Shown one piece after another: positions 63,428-64,000 of a DNA stretch of 64,000 bases. The notes below the pieces were generated by a model. The model did not search any database and was not told the origin of the DNA. It was given only the letters and a program-made list of their open reading frames with translations. Source of the stretch: Muribaculaceae bacterium. GTDB taxonomy: Bacteria; Bacteroidota; Bacteroidia; Bacteroidales; Muribaculaceae. A program made the position numbers and the translations under genes. The stretch is from positions 192 through 64,191 of the forward strand of contig JAFVPD010000016.1 in assembly GCA_017505535.1 (NCBI GenBank). The letters are read 5' to 3'. Every line of letters begins with the position of its first letter. Positions within the stretch are counted from its first letter, which is position 1.

Positions 63428-64000
63428 ATGCCCATTATTGAAATAAAATCTCTTGACACTGAAGGAATTGACGTTTACTCAACCCTCACCGAGGCTCAGC
63501 TACGCAACCGCATTGAGCCCGACAAAGGTATCTTCATAGCTGAGAGCCCCAAAGTAATTGCCGTGGCATTAAATGCCGGCTACGAGCCCATATCATTACT
63601 GACCGAGCGACGACACATAGATGGCGACGCCAAAGAAATCATAGATCGTTGCGGAGATATTCCCATTTTTACAGGAGAGCGAGAATTGCTCACAAGTCTT
63701 ACAGGCTATAAACTCACCCGAGGTGTCTTGTGCGCCATGCGGCGAAGAAAAGACCACTCGGTTGACGATGTTTGTAACAATGCTCGCAGAGTGGTAGTCA
63801 TTGATGGAGTTGTTGATACGACCAATATCGGTGCGATATTTCGATCGGCGGCAGCCCTTGGCATTGACGGAGTGTTGCTCACCCGCACGTCATGCGACCC
63901 TCTTAACCGACGTGCTGTGAGAGTTTCAATGGGCTCAGTTTTCCTTGTTCCTTGGACATGGTTAGATAACCCAATAAACTCACTCAAATCTTTAGGTTTT
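63428..64000 (+). CDS. TrmH/SpoU family RNA 2'-O-methyltransferase (3' end beyond the window)
   Basis: Open from the ATG at 63428 to the window end (191 codons), so it is absent from the ORF track. Contains the SpoU motif VDTTNIGAIFRSAAALG. Confidence 0.85.
   Translation, partial: MPIIEIKSLDTEGIDVYSTLTEAQLRNRIEPDKGIFIAESPKVIAVALNAGYEPISLLTERRHIDGDAKEIIDRCGDIPIFTGERELLTSLTGYKLTRGVLCAMRRRKDHSVDDVCNNARRVVVIDGVVDTTNIGAIFRSAAALGIDGVLLTRTSCDPLNRRAVRVSMGSVFLVPWTWLDNPINSLKSLGF

Noticed and set aside
1-64000. CRISPR arrays, rRNA operons, intact IS elements, integrases and prophage genes
   Set aside because: I scanned both strands by eye and found no repeat-spacer periodicity, no rRNA-like conserved blocks, and no transposase or recombinase motifs in any ORF of 60 aa or longer.

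Overview
This is a 64-kb chromosomal segment of a Bacteroidales-type genome. Supporting evidence: a SusC/SusD pair, the conserved ribD...uppS-bamA-ompH-ompH-murI block, an RND efflux operon, and TAnnTTTG -7 promoter boxes in front of most transcription units. I call about 55 protein genes and 3 tRNAs (Leu-TAA, Leu-TAG, Arg-ACG). There is no rRNA, no CRISPR array, and no intact IS, phage or integrase. Most of the window is ordinary housekeeping: nnr, hpt, adk, HU, two rhomboids, dcp, a bile-salt-hydrolase-family enzyme, tamB, nadE, murI, bamA, uppS, ribD, argH, pyrE, dusB, rpoN, purE, ispG, ilvA and nagB. I did not find a clear multi-gene novel system. The spots worth a second look are: (1) a ~2.3-kb mosaic island between dusB and rpoN (43.6-45.85 kb) holding RHS/YD-repeat debris, AT-rich signal-peptide ORFs, a G8 tract inside a small membrane-protein gene, and a two-frame ORF joined at A_AAA_AAC; (2) a SusC gene split at an A5 run; (3) a dispersed gene-end repeat at nt 29-159 and 59962-60101, the second copy being a relic in a small island bracketed by two tRNAs; (4) two orphan promoter-hairpin-terminator units that are candidate sRNAs, upstream of pyrE and upstream of a His/Arg/Asn/Pro-rich secreted protein; (5) a two-gene insertion after adk (a TM plus lipoyl-like-domain protein and a Sel1 protein); (6) three tandem GIN/DUF2807 paralogs coupled to dusB, next to an orphan Wzx-like flippase. 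All family calls come from motif recognition by eye, with no database search. All three frame disruptions sit at homopolymers, so assembly indel error is a serious alternative explanation for them.
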